Shown: positions 15,008 through 30,573, counted from the first letter of the stretch. The stretch is DNA of 64,000 bases from Eledone cirrhosa (GCA_964016885.1 OZ024745.1:106330001-106394000), one strand, 5' to 3'. The notes: generated by a model from the sequence alone, not told the origin. A program made the numbers and translations.

Positions 15008-15116
15008 CCCTCTTCCTGCTATATCAAGCGTTAACCTAATATATACCTTCCATATACTGTACCGATTGTGTTGTTATTTCTGTTTACCTTTTACATACAC
15101 ACACACACACACACAC

Positions 15117-15181
<65 letters not shown>

Positions 15182-15187
<6 letters not shown>

Positions 15188-15897
15188 CAAGGGAAAGCAA
15201 ATGAAAAATAAATTTTTAAAATAAATTTTTAAAAATTCACTGTACTTACTATATGTGCCTTTACCGCGGTTTCAAATCCCAAACGAATCCAGGCGGATTT
15301 CCACTGAGAAGGAGATTGTCGTCAGAAGGCATTTCTTTCCCGGAGAACATACAATTCCCGAGTTAAAAATTTCAAAATGGCGCCATTCCAAACTGCCTCA
15401 GAATGAGAGTAAATGAATGATAAAGCAGTTTTGGCATAGTACCGTGTGCAAAGGTAAAAGCACGGTGGACAAGTCAATCCTGTACTGCTAAAATTAGCAG
15501 CCATTCAGACGACTATAGGTCTCTCTACCATTGGGGAGAAAAATAATTAGTACACATAGGGGTACAAGTATAGTCCGACCATATGCCAGCGTGGTTCAAT
15601 GGCAAGTTAATAAATTAACAAGACAGAACATATAAAATCAAGGGAAAGCCAATAAAGAAAAACATTTAAAATAAATAAAAAAAAATTCACTGTACTTACT
15701 CTATGTGCCTTTAGCGCGGTTCCAAATCCCAAACGAATAGATAATCCAGGCGGATAATCATTGAGAAGGAGATTATCGTCAGAAGGCATTTCACTCCCGG
15801 AGAATATAAAATTCCCGAGTTAAAAATTTCAAACTGGCGCCATTCCAAACTGCCTCAGAATGAGAGTAAATGAATGATAAAGCAGTTTTGGCATGGT
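15182..15897 (-). mobile_element. Hammerhead element family E, 450-bp direct repeat (HHRs 15256-15331, 15706-15788)
   Basis: rc TGCCTT-CTGACGA-caatctc...gggattt-GAAA-CCGCGG-TA-AAGGCA; 15182-15438 is repeated at 15632-15893. Confidence 0.85.
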
Positions 15898-15928
15898 AGC
15901 GTATATATATATGGTAGCGTACATATAT

Positions 15929-15976
<48 letters not shown>

Positions 15977-15979
<3 letters not shown>

Positions 15980-16176
15980 AAAAGAGTCATGACCTCGACG
16001 GCTGAGCTCCGGCCGTTTCTACACCTAGATCCGAACTGTTCAGATCCAGCTGTAGAAACGGCTGGAACTCAGCCGTCGGGGTCCTAACTCTTTTCCTATT
16101 ACCCACTCTACTACCCTGTGTATTGAGTCCTCTGGTGCATTATGGTCAACCTGGTTCCTTGCCACACCCTCTTTGT

Positions 16177-16180
<4 letters not shown>
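15977..16180 (+). mobile_element. Family D element (hammerhead 3' half in a hairpin + tail)
   Basis: GAAACGGCT...AGCCGTC-GGGGTC. Related copies at 16757-16822, 23317-23502, 23708-23767, 25420-25575, 26426-27130, 28022-28165, 39168-39220 and 50650-50705. Confidence 0.65.
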
Positions 16181-16266
<86 letters not shown>

Positions 16267-16271
<5 letters not shown>

Positions 16272-16742
16272 GGAATAGAATGAAACGAAATTTCATTTCT
16301 CACTCTTAGTACGGCACTTACTTAAATGTAAGTATGTATGTATGTATACGTACATACATATATGTATACAGACGTACACTAGTATGTATATATATACATA
16401 CATGCACACATATATATATAGCACGATAGCTAATAAGCTTGAAACTAGCATATCGTTCCTGTGTCAGTGTTGAACAAAAAGGTGACGTGGTTGCCTAAAC
16501 ACTGTACGGCGTAATTCGGGCTGTTTGTTTGTTTACAAAACAAACAAACCGAGCATTATAATAAATGTTCGGTAAACCGATACGTGCATATATATATGTG
16601 TGCATGTATGTATATATATACATACTACTGTACGTCTGTATACATATATGTATGTACGTGTACATACATACATACTTACATTTAAGTAAGTGCCGTACTA
16701 AGAGGGAGAAATGAAATTTCGTTTCATTCTATTCCATTTATA
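16267..16742. mobile_element. Foldback element family C (~150-bp inverted arms, ~170-bp spacer)
   Basis: aaatggaatagaatgaaacgaaatttc... and its rc at 16589-16742; end fragment at 28247-28300. Confidence 0.75.
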
Positions 16743-16836
16743 TATATATATATTATAGCGTTCGGATCTATTTGTCGAAACGGCCTGAGCTCAGCCGTTG
16801 GGGTCTTGACCCTATTTCCTATATATTTACACACAC

Positions 16837-16920
<84 letters not shown>

Positions 16921-17163
16921 AGAGCAGTCGTGTAATGTTTTTCAGGTGGTCTCGTTTCTTTAAATGTATTTAACTACTGAACCAACCAACCAACCAACCA
17001 ACCAGAAATTTATAAACTTATTATAAATTTATTATAATAAATTGAAGTGAAAGCAACTGGTGCGTGTGTTTCTTATTCGCAACATGTCCCTCCCAAAGTA
17101 TAACAATATCGGTTTCAACACACGATTTCAGATAAAGAATCTTGCTAAACAAATTCAGAAACG

Positions 17164-17269
<106 letters not shown>

Positions 17270-18594
17270 TATGAAACCCAAACATTTTACAGAAACTTCA
17301 GAAACATTATGCGACCGAAATCAAAGAATAATTCTATGAATCAAATATGAGTCAAATTATCAATTGATAAACGCTGCAATTATTGCTAATGCTTGTTACA
17401 GTCTGTAAACGTGTGATAGGTCTAACTCGTTAAAAAATTAATAGTAGGTTGCTGAAGGCAGATGGGCCAAATAAAATGTATCACCGTCTGTCTCTAACTA
17501 AGTTGAGGAGTTATTTGATAATATGTAAGAAGTTGCTAGCCCGTTGCCAAATCATTTTAATTTCTCTCTAAGGAGGTGCGTGAGTTACACTGCAATGGCG
17601 TCAAATGTGTCTGAAAAGACATAAAATATTGATAAAGACTTACAAGTGTTCGTTAGATTCTCCTGTAGTTATTGTATGGCGTCTGTCTTTAGGTGTTGAC
17701 ATCTCTCCACCCATGATAATCGGATTTTTACTGTGATTTTATTAGTAAATACTAGTCTCTAGACATGCTTAATAGATTCCAATGTAAGTAATGACTTAAT
17801 GAAATTTACTTCTTACGCCCCTTTCCACCGCTAGCTTCGTCGCTATGTTCTACTCTGCATTCAACAGATGGCGCCGCTCATTCTCTCAAGAAACTTATTT
17901 GTTCAGAATTGCTCTATCAGATCAAGACACAAAGTTTAGTTCTCTTACATTGTACTCTTACTGTTTAGTTTCTCTTTACTCCAAACCTCTTACATTGTGA
18001 CATCTCGATTGATAAAAATACGAATGAAAAGTAACAATAAATATACAAGTTTCTATTATTCTTTTAGCTTTCTTCGTTCAGAAAATGTTCTTTATTTATG
18101 TTTTATTCGTTAAATCTAGTTCACTCTCTTTCTCCAAATCTTTTGGCTGATATGGTTACCTCTACTAAGAACAACAACTAAATTTAAATATAAACTTGTT
18201 CAATTTTTCTATGAATAGTAAATGTCTCCTACTTAGTGAATTATTTATTCGCTGGTCTCTGTAAACTAAAGACGTACTTTGTCCCAAACACATACAAGAC
18301 CTGAGCAAATAATCATGACGTGTAATTGAATAAACCGAAACTCAATACAGTCTGAATGCTTTCTCTGATTTGGAAAATCACTTAAAAGCGCTCATATGGC
18401 GCCAAGATTTCTTTTGCTTCCTTCTGTGTCGCAGTTGTACTTTGACATTAGCGTTAGGATATTTTAATTGGAATTTTTTCCTAGAAATATAGGTTCTTAT
18501 AACTCTATCTCTTTATCTATCTATCTATATATAGTATATATATATATATATATATATATATCAATCTATACGCCCGCACACACACACATATATT

Positions 18595-18639
<45 letters not shown>

Positions 18640-18806
18640 ACAGGGAGAGAGAGTGACAAAGAGAAAACTGAAAATAACCATATATGTGTTATTATATATT
18701 ACATATCCAAGTGTATATATTCAGGGAGATATAGACATGTTCCGCTCAATAAAGCATTGAATTTAGGACACGTTATATATAAACACACACTCACACAAAT
18801 ACACAA

Positions 18807-18843
<37 letters not shown>

Positions 18844-18856
18844 AAGAGAGAGAGAG

Positions 18857-18899
<43 letters not shown>

Positions 18900-19487
18900 T
18901 TAATCCTATATATACACACATATTTGTATGTATGCGCGTGCGCGTGTTTTGCGTACCCGTGTGTGATTCTGTATTTTTAATATTCCGAAAAAAAAAAACC
19001 GAAAAAGAAAAAACAACCAGGTAGCCTCAAAGTTGTCGTTTGACATGCAAGAAGAAGCAGCCAAATCTCATTTAAATCACACCGTTCCCTCATCGAAAAT
19101 AAAAAGTACACGTAGGATAATATGGTTCCGATTACATTGGATATAGCAAAATGATAAGTGTGTCAGAGGTGAAATACTCTTCATAATAGTTCTTGTCAAA
19201 CTTGATAGACTTGAGGCCAAACAATGATATAAAGCTATTTATAGTTTCTAAAAAGTAATCAGGAACCTATAAGATATATAAGAGACATATAATGCTGTTA
19301 GTTGTAGTTGGATATTTGTTTGAAGCTATATATTATATCACATTCATAAGCCCAAACGATATTGACGCCCTTTATCCTTCCTTCATCACCTTCAAAATTA
19401 GTCCGTGATAGAACAAGGAATCTGTGACCTATTTTATTGTTATACATATTTCTATGAAACTTTATAAAACACGATTATATATAATAC

Positions 19488-19574
<87 letters not shown>

Positions 19575-19639
19575 CTTGGAGAAGGGAAATTTTATATAAT
19601 GTTCCTACTATTTTCTCTGCGTATTGTACGATTTTTAAA

Positions 19640-20090
19640 TAACCTAATGTCGCCATTTAAGAAACTTTGTTGTCAGTACAGCATTGATAATATATCTTAT
19701 GGGTTTATCGCTTCTCCTCAGAAAAGTCAATTACCTATTTGTCTTATGTGCAACCAAACCTTATGGAACGAAGCAATGAAGCTTAATACTTAAAGTGTCA
19801 TTTATATTCTCATCATGTTGACCAGAAAGAAAAAAAAAACTTTTGTCAGATTTCTTACAACTTAAGACTTCAATCGAAAAGCGGAACACATTGAACTTGG
19901 AATTTCAGAAAGCAGCTACGCAGAAAGAAAAAGGGTTGTTTGCGCCGAACAACATTGCATCCCTAGTCACAACGGCCTGTTCAGTAAGTCCACTCTAACA
20001 GAAACATTCGACCTGTTATTGAAGTTCTCTCGACTGTAATGCGTAAAGAGTAAAAAGCCTAACACAATTATAAAGATAATTCTACTTAGG
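19640..20090 (+). pseudogene. Decayed hAT Charlie/Buster-type transposase N-terminus (BED finger)
   Basis: KKLCCQYSIDNISYGFIASPQKSQLPICLMCNQTLWNEAMK followed by stops and frameshifts. Confidence 0.7.
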
Positions 20091-21085
20091 TAGCACACAA
20101 TTATGTATGAGAGGTCATTTCTTTGCAATCTATGGCATTCATAATGAAATTCTACATTAGGTAAATCCTCCCTAATTTTTCACCCAGCATCTAAATTAAC
20201 CAAAACAACAGTGTGTTTATTTTCCGTAAAGAAGGAAAAACATTATCCTCGTTTGAAGAGAAATAAAATATATCCGCCTATACCGATCTTAGCTTCTGTA
20301 AGTGATTTTTCTTTTCGAAGCAGGACAAATGTCAGAAATGTTTTATTTCCATCTGTAGATCAAAACATCTCACTGTAAACTAACGTTATCTACGACCTTT
20401 TCTGGTTCAACATCCGCTAAGCAGACCATCACCAGTTTCTTTGATTATTATCTAAACGAAATGGTATTTTAGTCAAAGCTTTGAAAAATGTAATCCTTTT
20501 GCTTTTTAAGAAAGGCATCAGGATAGGATTTGTGGGAGATTTGGCTACTATCTCGAGCAAATGAAGAGACCGTAAACGCTCTCTCGTCGGTCCACGACAC
20601 TCAGTTTTTTTAATCATTCATCGCCAGCCGCCTTGGCGCTAATGGACGAGAATCATACTCTAAAGGTATGATACAAAACCAAATCTAGTAAGGAGTTTGT
20701 TCAGGTTACCCACTTCAAAATATATAACGGATAATATTATTTGGGTATTATATAATTTACTTCATCGGTTCGGACATCGCACGATACACACCTCATCGTC
20801 AGATACTATAATGGAATATATTAAATCAGAAGGAGCGAATGAACGGTCTAATTAATGATTACTGTTTTATGATATTATAGTCATGATGTACAGCAGGATG
20901 GCATATCAATACACACTAATAACAGTGAACAATAAAGGATTGTGCAGTTTGTTTATGACCAAGCACTTTCGCCAATATGTTCTAAATAATAGATGCCAAA
21001 ATCAATAGGTTTCCAAAGAGAGGGTGAGAGAGACAAAGAGACAGACATAGAGAGAGAGAGAGATTCAAAGAGAGAGAGAGAGAGA

Positions 21086-21116
<31 letters not shown>

Positions 21117-21148
21117 GGGAGAGAGAGAGAGAGAGGGAGAGAGAGAGA

Positions 21149-21190
<42 letters not shown>

Positions 21191-21398
21191 AAGTGATAGA
21201 GTGGCGATGAGAAAGAGAGGGGGAGTGAATATAAGAGAAAAGGGCGAATTGGAAAAAGGGAAAGAGTAATGATAGTAGAGTAGGTGCATTTTGAATAGGA
21301 AATATATATATATAGAGCAAACTTCACCATATGTATATATATATATATATATATAATTATATATAATATATATATATGTGTGTCTGTATATATATATG

Positions 21399-21447
<49 letters not shown>

Positions 21448-22079
21448 CTTTCCATAAGCAATGGAGCGACAAAGAGACAGATTGAATAAAAGAAAAGAGG
21501 CGTTGTGTTGGTTTAAAAGAGAGAAACATGACTGAGTCGAGGAAGAAAGTGAAACTAGTTATTTGTGCGTCCATGAGTGCGTGAGTGTAATGTGTTTGGG
21601 GTGGGGGGGGGGCATGGTGGGGGGGAAGGGGTGTACAAGCGTTTGCTATTAGGATCGCAACGGCGTGTGATTTCAAAATGTGTTTTTTGACATGCATGAC
21701 CGCTTCGTAGGTATATGGAAAGTAAACAATCGACCGTGAAGATAATTAAAACAATAAAAAAGGCATGGAATAAAAAGCAAAATTATGCGGAAATTTACAC
21801 TTCTACGTCAATAACAACAACTAGCACCAGTATACCCATTCACTACTAACACACCCATTAACAATAGCTACTGCAGGAACAAGAACAGCAACAATAAAAG
21901 CAATATCAACAACGACCCTCAAGAACAATGACAATCATTACTAAAAATTAATAACTTTCAATGAAACTATGCAATAAAGACAGAAGCTATTCGACCAACG
22001 ACTCATAGAAACTAGTAAACCTGAATCTACCAACAGGCCAACTAAACTAACACAATCGTCATTACTAATATCACTACCG

Positions 22080-22823
<744 letters not shown>

Positions 22824-23284
22824 AATAATAATAATAATAATAATACTACCACAACAACAACAACATCAACCAGCACCACTATCACCCCCACCACCACCAC
22901 TGCAACTACTGCTACAACTTGTCTTATTGAAGAAAGATGTGCGCAATAGAGAATGCTCTATATTCAACAAAACTGAACATGTTTCTTCGACAATGATGCG
23001 AAAGGAATCAATAAAATATATTAAATATACTAGTTTCGGCTTTTTATTCGAGAAAAGGTATGATCAGAAGAGTTCCACCTCATGAACATGATTTAAAAAA
23101 AAGGATTTTTTATAAACAACTGGGTCACGAGTTGTTTATTAGTTAATAAATGTACTTCGCACGCAGGATGTTTCGAGGCATTGGAACTCCGCGGTATCAT
23201 TTCTACTAGAGACTCAGGTTGATCAATGCTTCGTAAGAAAATTTAATAGAAGGAAAATTTAACAGAAGTAATCTACAGAAATAT

Positions 23285-23316
<32 letters not shown>

Positions 23317-23319
<3 letters not shown>

Positions 23320-23497
23320 CGAAGGAAATGTGGTAAGGAACCAGGTGGACCATAACGCACCAAAGTACTCAATACTTAGGGTAGTAGAGTGGGTAATAGG
23401 AACAAGACCCCGACGGCTGAGCTCAAGCCGTTTCGACGGCTAATTCTGAATTAGCCGTCGAAACGGCTTGAGCTCAGCCGTCGGGGTCTTACTTGTT

Positions 23498-23502
<5 letters not shown>
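23317..23502 (-). mobile_element. Family D element with near-perfect ~85-bp palindrome
   Basis: aagaccccgacggctgagctcaagccgtttcgacggctaattc|t|gaattagccgtcgaaacggcttgagctcagccgtcggggtctt, flanked by (AT)n. Confidence 0.75.
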
Positions 23503-23552
<50 letters not shown>

Positions 23553-24786
23553 CAACCGGTAAAAACTTAAAAACTTAAAACTACAACTGAATACTAACCC
23601 ATACAATCACTAATACTCTTTTATTCCTAATTAAACCATTTTTCAACTGTGAACAATTTGTCAGCATTTTCTATTCCGTTTACCTATATATAATATATAT
23701 ATATATAACAGCGGATCTAGCTGTCAAACGGCCGGAGCTCAGCCGTCGGGCTCTGATTCTTTTCTAATATATATATGTGTGTGTGTGTGTATGTATGTGT
23801 GTGTGTTTGTATGTGTAGTGTGTGCGTGGTTGTTTGTGCGTGCGTGTGCATTTGTGTGTGTTTGTCTGTGTGTGTGCAGAGAGAGAGAGAGGGGGGAGGA
23901 AAGAAGAGCTAAAAACTTCATTAATCTGCCAGACAATATTAGAAGAATGAACCAATGCATTAGAGCCAGACAATGTAATATTATATGTATATTAAAAGAT
24001 GAAAAACAACAAAAAACTAAAATAATGAAGAAATAGTAGTGAAATTTCATGCATCAGACAGGTGATATCTTGTTTTATTTTCAAAACCTTCTTGTCATTC
24101 ATTACCGGAAAATTTGACATATTTATTTACTTGCAACCTGTCAATTCAGATGCCTATATTAGATCTCGTACTAAAACTTGCCTTTATACTTTCGTGGAAA
24201 GCTAATTTGAAAACTATGTATATGAGATTTGCACCGGGGAGTAAGAGACAAGTTGAAAATTACTCTGTTTATTCACTTCCCTGTTAGAAGCTGTTAGAAG
24301 CAGTGAGCCATATATAATCTACGAATCCTTTTTGGGGAATAAAGTATGAATTTCACACTTCCTGGTGTCTTATTTTCTAAAATATAATTTTAACCCCTAG
24401 TTCCTTGAATCTATGTTAGAAATTATTATGGTTATTTAAATGGTATATTAGCAGTTTTCGTCAGAGAGCCATAAAAAGGGATTTAAGTATGTATAATGTA
24501 CCTTCCCTTTGAAATGTGGGATTTCTACCTTTGTGAGAAATAATGGCAACTGTTGTAGTTAATGAAATCGACTCTTCAATTCCCCAAATGTATCGTCTTG
24601 TGTCAATGTTACAAGGTAGCAAATTGACAGCGGTTTTAGAACATCGAATAAAATAGTTTACGGTAGGCTTCCTGCTCACTTTACTCTGATTTCAAAGCCT
24701 GCCGAGATGAACTTGATCTTTCATCCTTCGATTAAAAAATAGTGCAGTACTGGGTTGATTATTCCTTTCTCTCTATTGCTCTCTTC

Positions 24787-24846
<60 letters not shown>

Positions 24847-24866
24847 TCTCTCTTTCTCTCTCTCTC

Positions 24867-24982
<116 letters not shown>

Positions 24983-25189
24983 TCTCTCTCCCTCTCTCTC
25001 CCTCTCGCTCTCCCTCTCTCTCTCTCTCTCTCTCTCTTTCCTCCTCCCTCTATCTGCTCTGTCCCGCCTCTCTCTCTATTCCACTGGAAGAAATCGGCTA
25101 TGTTCAGACCTGGAGAGAGACAATGGGTTCCACTAGCTTTCAAAATGATCAAGATAAGCTATATGTTACAACAGCGCCACCCTACAACA

Positions 25190-25400
25190 CCACCAATGAT
25201 CAAGACACCTCTTGGCAGTACTCCCACGATGTTTCAAAGATCTGCCACAGTGTAAATATTTTGTCGGCTATGCTGCATACCGGAGCGAAATCACACTGTT
25301 CATCAGTTAGTGTGGATTCAACAATCCACATACATCTCTTTTCCAGACACTTAGCATAGACTTTACCGAGGAGGCTTAACAAGGAGTTCACTCTATAATT
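25190..25400 (-). mobile_element. RTE-type RT fragment
   Basis: SLLSLLGKVYAKCLEKR...DEQCDF...DKIFTLWQIFE (early RT motifs). Confidence 0.75.
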
Positions 25401-25571
25401 GAAATGATACTTATATTATCGGTTATTTCTAGACTAGTCCAGAAATAGCTGTCTAAACGGCGCGAGCTCTGCCGTCGGGGTTAAACTTTTCCTATTACCC
25501 ACTCTACTACTCTAAGTATTGAGTACTCTGGTGCGTTATGGTCCATCTGGTTCCTTACCACTCCTCCTTCG

Positions 25572-25625
<54 letters not shown>

Positions 25626-25638
25626 GTATATATATATT

Positions 25639-25707
<69 letters not shown>

Positions 25708-25711
25708 TTGT

Positions 25712-25782
<71 letters not shown>

Positions 25783-25793
25783 ATATATATATT

Positions 25794-25866
<73 letters not shown>

Positions 25867-25868
<2 letters not shown>

Positions 25869-26337
25869 GATATTAACAAATGGAAACTACATTTATAAAA
25901 CCATATTTATTTCATTATATATATTTCAGGGATATCATATTAAAAATATGGTATGCCCTCTTCAGACAAAATACAATATATAAACAGTTTTATAAATAAA
26001 TTTGACATACCTTAAACTTTACAACTTCCATTTAAAAAGTTGTTCCAAAACAACAAAAGTTGTTCCAAAACAACTTTTTAAATGGAAGTTGTAAAGTTTA
26101 AGGTATGTCAAATTTATTTATAAAACTGTTTATATATTGTATTTTGTCTGAAGAGGGCATACCATATTTTTAATATGATATCCCTGAAATATATATAATG
26201 AAATAAATATGGTTTTATAAATGTAGTTTCCATTTGTTTAATATCGTAAATAAACTCCAAAACTTGTTGAGTGCTTTTATATCAGTTATAAAATATTTAC
26301 TCGTTGTAACCCAACAATTTTAAATAAAACTTTTGCA
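25867..26337. mobile_element. Hammerhead element family L, hairpin form (plus HHR 26141-26204)
   Basis: ~175-bp near-perfect inverted arms; ATTTTGT-CTGAAGA-gggcataccatatt..aatatgatatccct-GAAA-tatata-TA-ATGAAAT. Tail homologous to 14202-14275 (rc). Confidence 0.85.
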
Positions 26338-26348
26338 TATATATATAT

Positions 26349-26402
<54 letters not shown>

Positions 26403-27182
26403 ATATATATATAATATATATATATGAACAAGTATGACCCTGACGGCAGAGCTCGAGCGTTTCGACGGCTAATTCTGGACTAAATAAGAATTTTTAGCCT
26501 GGTAAATAAATAGCCGAACTTCTGAGGGGGTAATTCCATATATGGGAAGATAGTAATTGTCAAAATGATTGGTCAAACATTTGTTGTAAAGACAGTTCAT
26601 TCTATCATGGCATTTAGTGGAAGGTAGGGGTAGCTGAACTTGCCGGTAGAACAAAGAGGGAGTGGGGGAAGCCCAGTCAAGCGTTGAAAGTGAAATCTAT
26701 ACAGCAGATTCTAAGGATAGTGTATAGAAGGTCGAAAAAAGTGTACTGGAGAAGAGGGGGTGGGGGGCGAAAAAATAGGTAAGGGAGTAAACAAACAAGC
26801 CATTATAAAAATGAGGAGATAAATATATTTAAAAAAAACAATATATAAAAAAAAAACAATTTCTGGTTACTATTCCATCCCCACAATCCCCAAATCACTC
26901 ATTAGTATTGTTAAGCTATAGAAAAGTTTAATAGTTGGAGAAAAATGCTAAAAAAGGGATTGTAGTGAAAGCACTTTATAAAGCCATCTTTACAGGGGGT
27001 CTGACACCACTGCAATAGTTAGTGGTAATCAGCCAATGATATCTTACAATGACAGGTTAATAAGTTGAGGACAAACATACTAAAAAACTAATACGAAATA
27101 TTAATTCAGAATACTAATACAATAAATACTAATACAAGAATACCAATGCAGAAATATATATATATATATGAGATAAGTAGAT

Positions 27183-27309
<127 letters not shown>

Positions 27310-27397
27310 ATACCTATATGAAAATATATTGTAAATGTGTTCATTATAGAGTGGGGGAGAGGGGAATACGGGTAGATAGAGAGGGAGAGTTTATATG

Positions 27398-27497
27398 CAG
27401 GGTGTTCCCCAAAAATGTATACACACTTTGATAACCAGAACAGGCAATATTTATTAGAATGCTGTTGATGCGTGTATACACTTTTAGGGATACCCTG
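27398..27497. mobile_element. Tc1/mariner-type MITE (100 bp)
   Basis: TIRs CAGGGTGTTCCCCAAAAATGTATACAC / GTGTATACACTTTTAGGGATACCCTG; TA on the right flank. Confidence 0.7.
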
Positions 27498-27964
27498 TAT
27501 CTTTGCATTATATATTACATTCTGCTTTTTACAAACAGTAGGAGATATAATATTTTTGGTGTGCAATGGGGCGGATATTTTAGAATGTTTTACGTGGCAT
27601 GTGCCTACTTAACAAAATAAAATGGATAATTCAAAAGATTTGTTGACATGCAAATTCAATCTAGAAAACATCAGACACAAAAATATACACACAGAAAAAA
27701 AACAACTAAAGTATTGACCGAGATAGAGCCAGTCTGCCCGTTAGAAGAGAAGGTAAAGAAAAAAGCATTTCTTTTCCGTCGGGACCTTGACTGAATTTTA
27801 TTATTATTTCTTTCTGGTTTGTCTTTTCAACAAACTGTCGGTAGGTGGTACATTAGGCTGGTTTATTTCATGCTAAAATGACATAAAATGAAAAAGTGAT
27901 GTCCTTTGATAATTTCAACAGACGAGCCATTGATTGGGCTGTGATTCTGACAAAAAACAATCAA

Positions 27965-28023
<59 letters not shown>

Positions 28024-28178
28024 AGTCCAGAAATAGCCGTCGAAACGTCATGAGCTCTGCTGTCGAGGTCATACTTTTTCCTATCACCCACTCTACTACA
28101 CTAAGTATTGAGTACTCTGGTGCGTAATGGTCCATCTGGTTCCTTACCACAATTCCTTCGTTATATGTATATATATAC

Positions 28179-28250
<72 letters not shown>

Positions 28251-28298
28251 AAAAACAGAAACGAAATTTCGTATCTCACTCTTAGTACGGCAGTTACA

Positions 28299-28367
<69 letters not shown>

Positions 28368-28742
28368 TGATCAAATATATTTTATTATACATATTTCAGA
28401 GGTACTGTGCTGTTTCCTCAGTACGTCCTCATCAGATAAAATAAATTGATGTCTGACATACCTCAACTGTGGTGATTGTTCAATTCCAGTTCTGCCAAGA
28501 CTGGAATTGAACCATCAGCACAGTTGAGGTATGTCAGACATCAATTTATTTTATCTGATGAGGACGTACTGAGGAAACAGCACAGTACCTCTGAAATATG
28601 TATAATAAAATATATTTGATCACATGAATGTCTATATTTATTAATATTTTGAATTAATATTAATAACTCAAGAAAACGGTACTGTTGAGTGCTTCTAATC
28701 TGTTGTGAAACTATATTCATTGATTAATCAATGAACCTTTGG

Positions 28743-28745
<3 letters not shown>
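28368..28745. mobile_element. Hammerhead element family B, hairpin form (HHRs 28379-28442 minus, 28548-28611 plus)
   Basis: ATTTTAT-CTGATGA-ggacgtactg..cagtacctct-GAAA-tatgta-TA-ATAAAAT; ~125-bp inverted arms plus tail. Confidence 0.85.
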
Positions 28746-28791
<46 letters not shown>

Positions 28792-28870
28792 TATGTATAT
28801 ATCCCTTCCATATACTGTACCGATTATGTTGTTATTTCTGTTTAACTTTTACATACATATATATATATAT

Positions 28871-29250
28871 GTAGGAGGTGAGTTTTATTGTAGCACAATA
28901 AAGCAACGCAAATATCGGATAAGTAGCACTCAACAGTTTATAGGACTGGAGTATAAATAATATAAAATCAAAAGATGGTTAAAAGAGTTCCATGTATTTT
29001 ATTATGCGCATTTCAAAAACAAATATCATCATGGGATGATATTTGCGTTCTCATCAGATAAAATAGGGAGACATAATATGAAGCTTAAAAAGCACTTGCC
29101 AGCAGTGAAGTGTTTTTTAAGCTTCATATCATGTCTCCCTATTTTATCTGATGAGAACGCAAATATCATCCCATGATGATATTTGTTTTTGAAATGCGCA
29201 TAATAAAATACATGGAACTCTTTTAACCATCTTTTGATTTTATATTATAT
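28871..29250. mobile_element. Hammerhead element family A, copy 3 (HHRs 28996-29064 minus, 29141-29209 plus)
   Basis: Near-perfect inverted arms, intact cores on both arms, tail on the left. Confidence 0.85.
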
Positions 29251-29668
29251 ATATATATATATATATGGCGAACTAGCCAGTTTTAGAATTCCCTTTTTCG
29301 GATTATATTACTGTGAGAGCCCTGGTTTTCTGTTGAGCTCTGCTGATGAATGAAATTCCAACCGTGACCATCTCCACTGAAAGTTTTCATGAAATAGTCT
29401 TTTAAGACTATACAGAGCATTTGATGTTATTCCAAATTGAAGGATAAGTGTTTCAAACTTTATTTTATCATGAGTTAAAGGTCTATAGATTTTTCCCTGG
29501 ATTTTACTAAATTCTGTGGATGAATTTATATCCTGATTCTCTTTTGAGATGAGTTTGAGTTATTTTTCCTAAATCTTTCGTTAACTACTTTTCCCATCTT
29601 GACGTTATAGTCGCATATATGTTATAGAATGCCGTTAGCTTCTTGCTAAAACAATCTCTATACCTCTC

Positions 29669-29733
<65 letters not shown>

Positions 29734-30061
29734 TAAATCTACCAAAATATATGGTAGTGTCCAATCCGTATGAAGAACTCAATGTAATCCAAATATCATG
29801 GAAAGAGAATATGTATTTAACATTTTTTCGATGAAAAACACAGTAAACATATTTCTGAAGACAGCATATATATGTGTAGGTATGTATATTCCCTCTGATA
29901 GTTTGTAAATAATTTTTACATAGATCTATATGATATACATACCAACACACACATATATATCCTAGAAACGATCGTAAAATGATGATTTTTTTTTAATATA
30001 AGGAACTGTTTCTTTGTTTTTATTTATTATTTTTATTAATATATATATATATATATATTTA

Positions 30062-30527
30062 TTCAGGGTTGAGGTTCACCACTGTATAGAGCTGGTCTAT
30101 TCCGTATGGTCAATCGTAATGCAATAATATAGAGAGTACTCAACGTAAGGCAGTTCAACCGTCTTTGTTTTTGTAGTTGTTGGTGCTATTACGGAGTTAA
30201 ATATTATAATTAAATGACAGGAGGCTGGATTTGTGTAAATCCTTGAAAGGTTTATTATACTATGATCATTTCAATGACCGGGTTCCGTATGAATCCGGTG
30301 ATATTATCAGGTATTCGAAATATAATACGTGAATGTAATAGATAAAATCCATGGGACTGAAAATCGGTCCTCGATTTTCAGCCCCATGGATTTTATCTAT
30401 TACATTCACGTATTATATTTCGAATACCTAATGATATCACCGGATTCATACGGAACCCGGTCATTGAAATGATCATAGTATAATAAACCTTTCAAGGATT
30501 GACACAAATCCAGCCTCCTGTCATTTC

Positions 30528-30531
<4 letters not shown>
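30062..30531. mobile_element. Hammerhead element family H, hairpin form (HHRs 30257-30314 minus, 30424-30481 plus)
   Basis: ATAC-CT(G/A)AT(G/A)A-tatcaccgg..ccggtcatt-GAAA-TGATCA-TA-GTAT; each arm carries a different single core substitution. Confidence 0.8.

Positions 30532-30573
<42 letters not shown>

Noticed and set aside
17860-17878. CTCF-like motif caacagatggcgcc
   Set aside because: A single short match is expected by chance in 64 kb, and there is no supporting data.
29343-29356. ctgatgaatgaaa hammerhead-like string
   Set aside because: No room for stem II and no stem I or III pairing.
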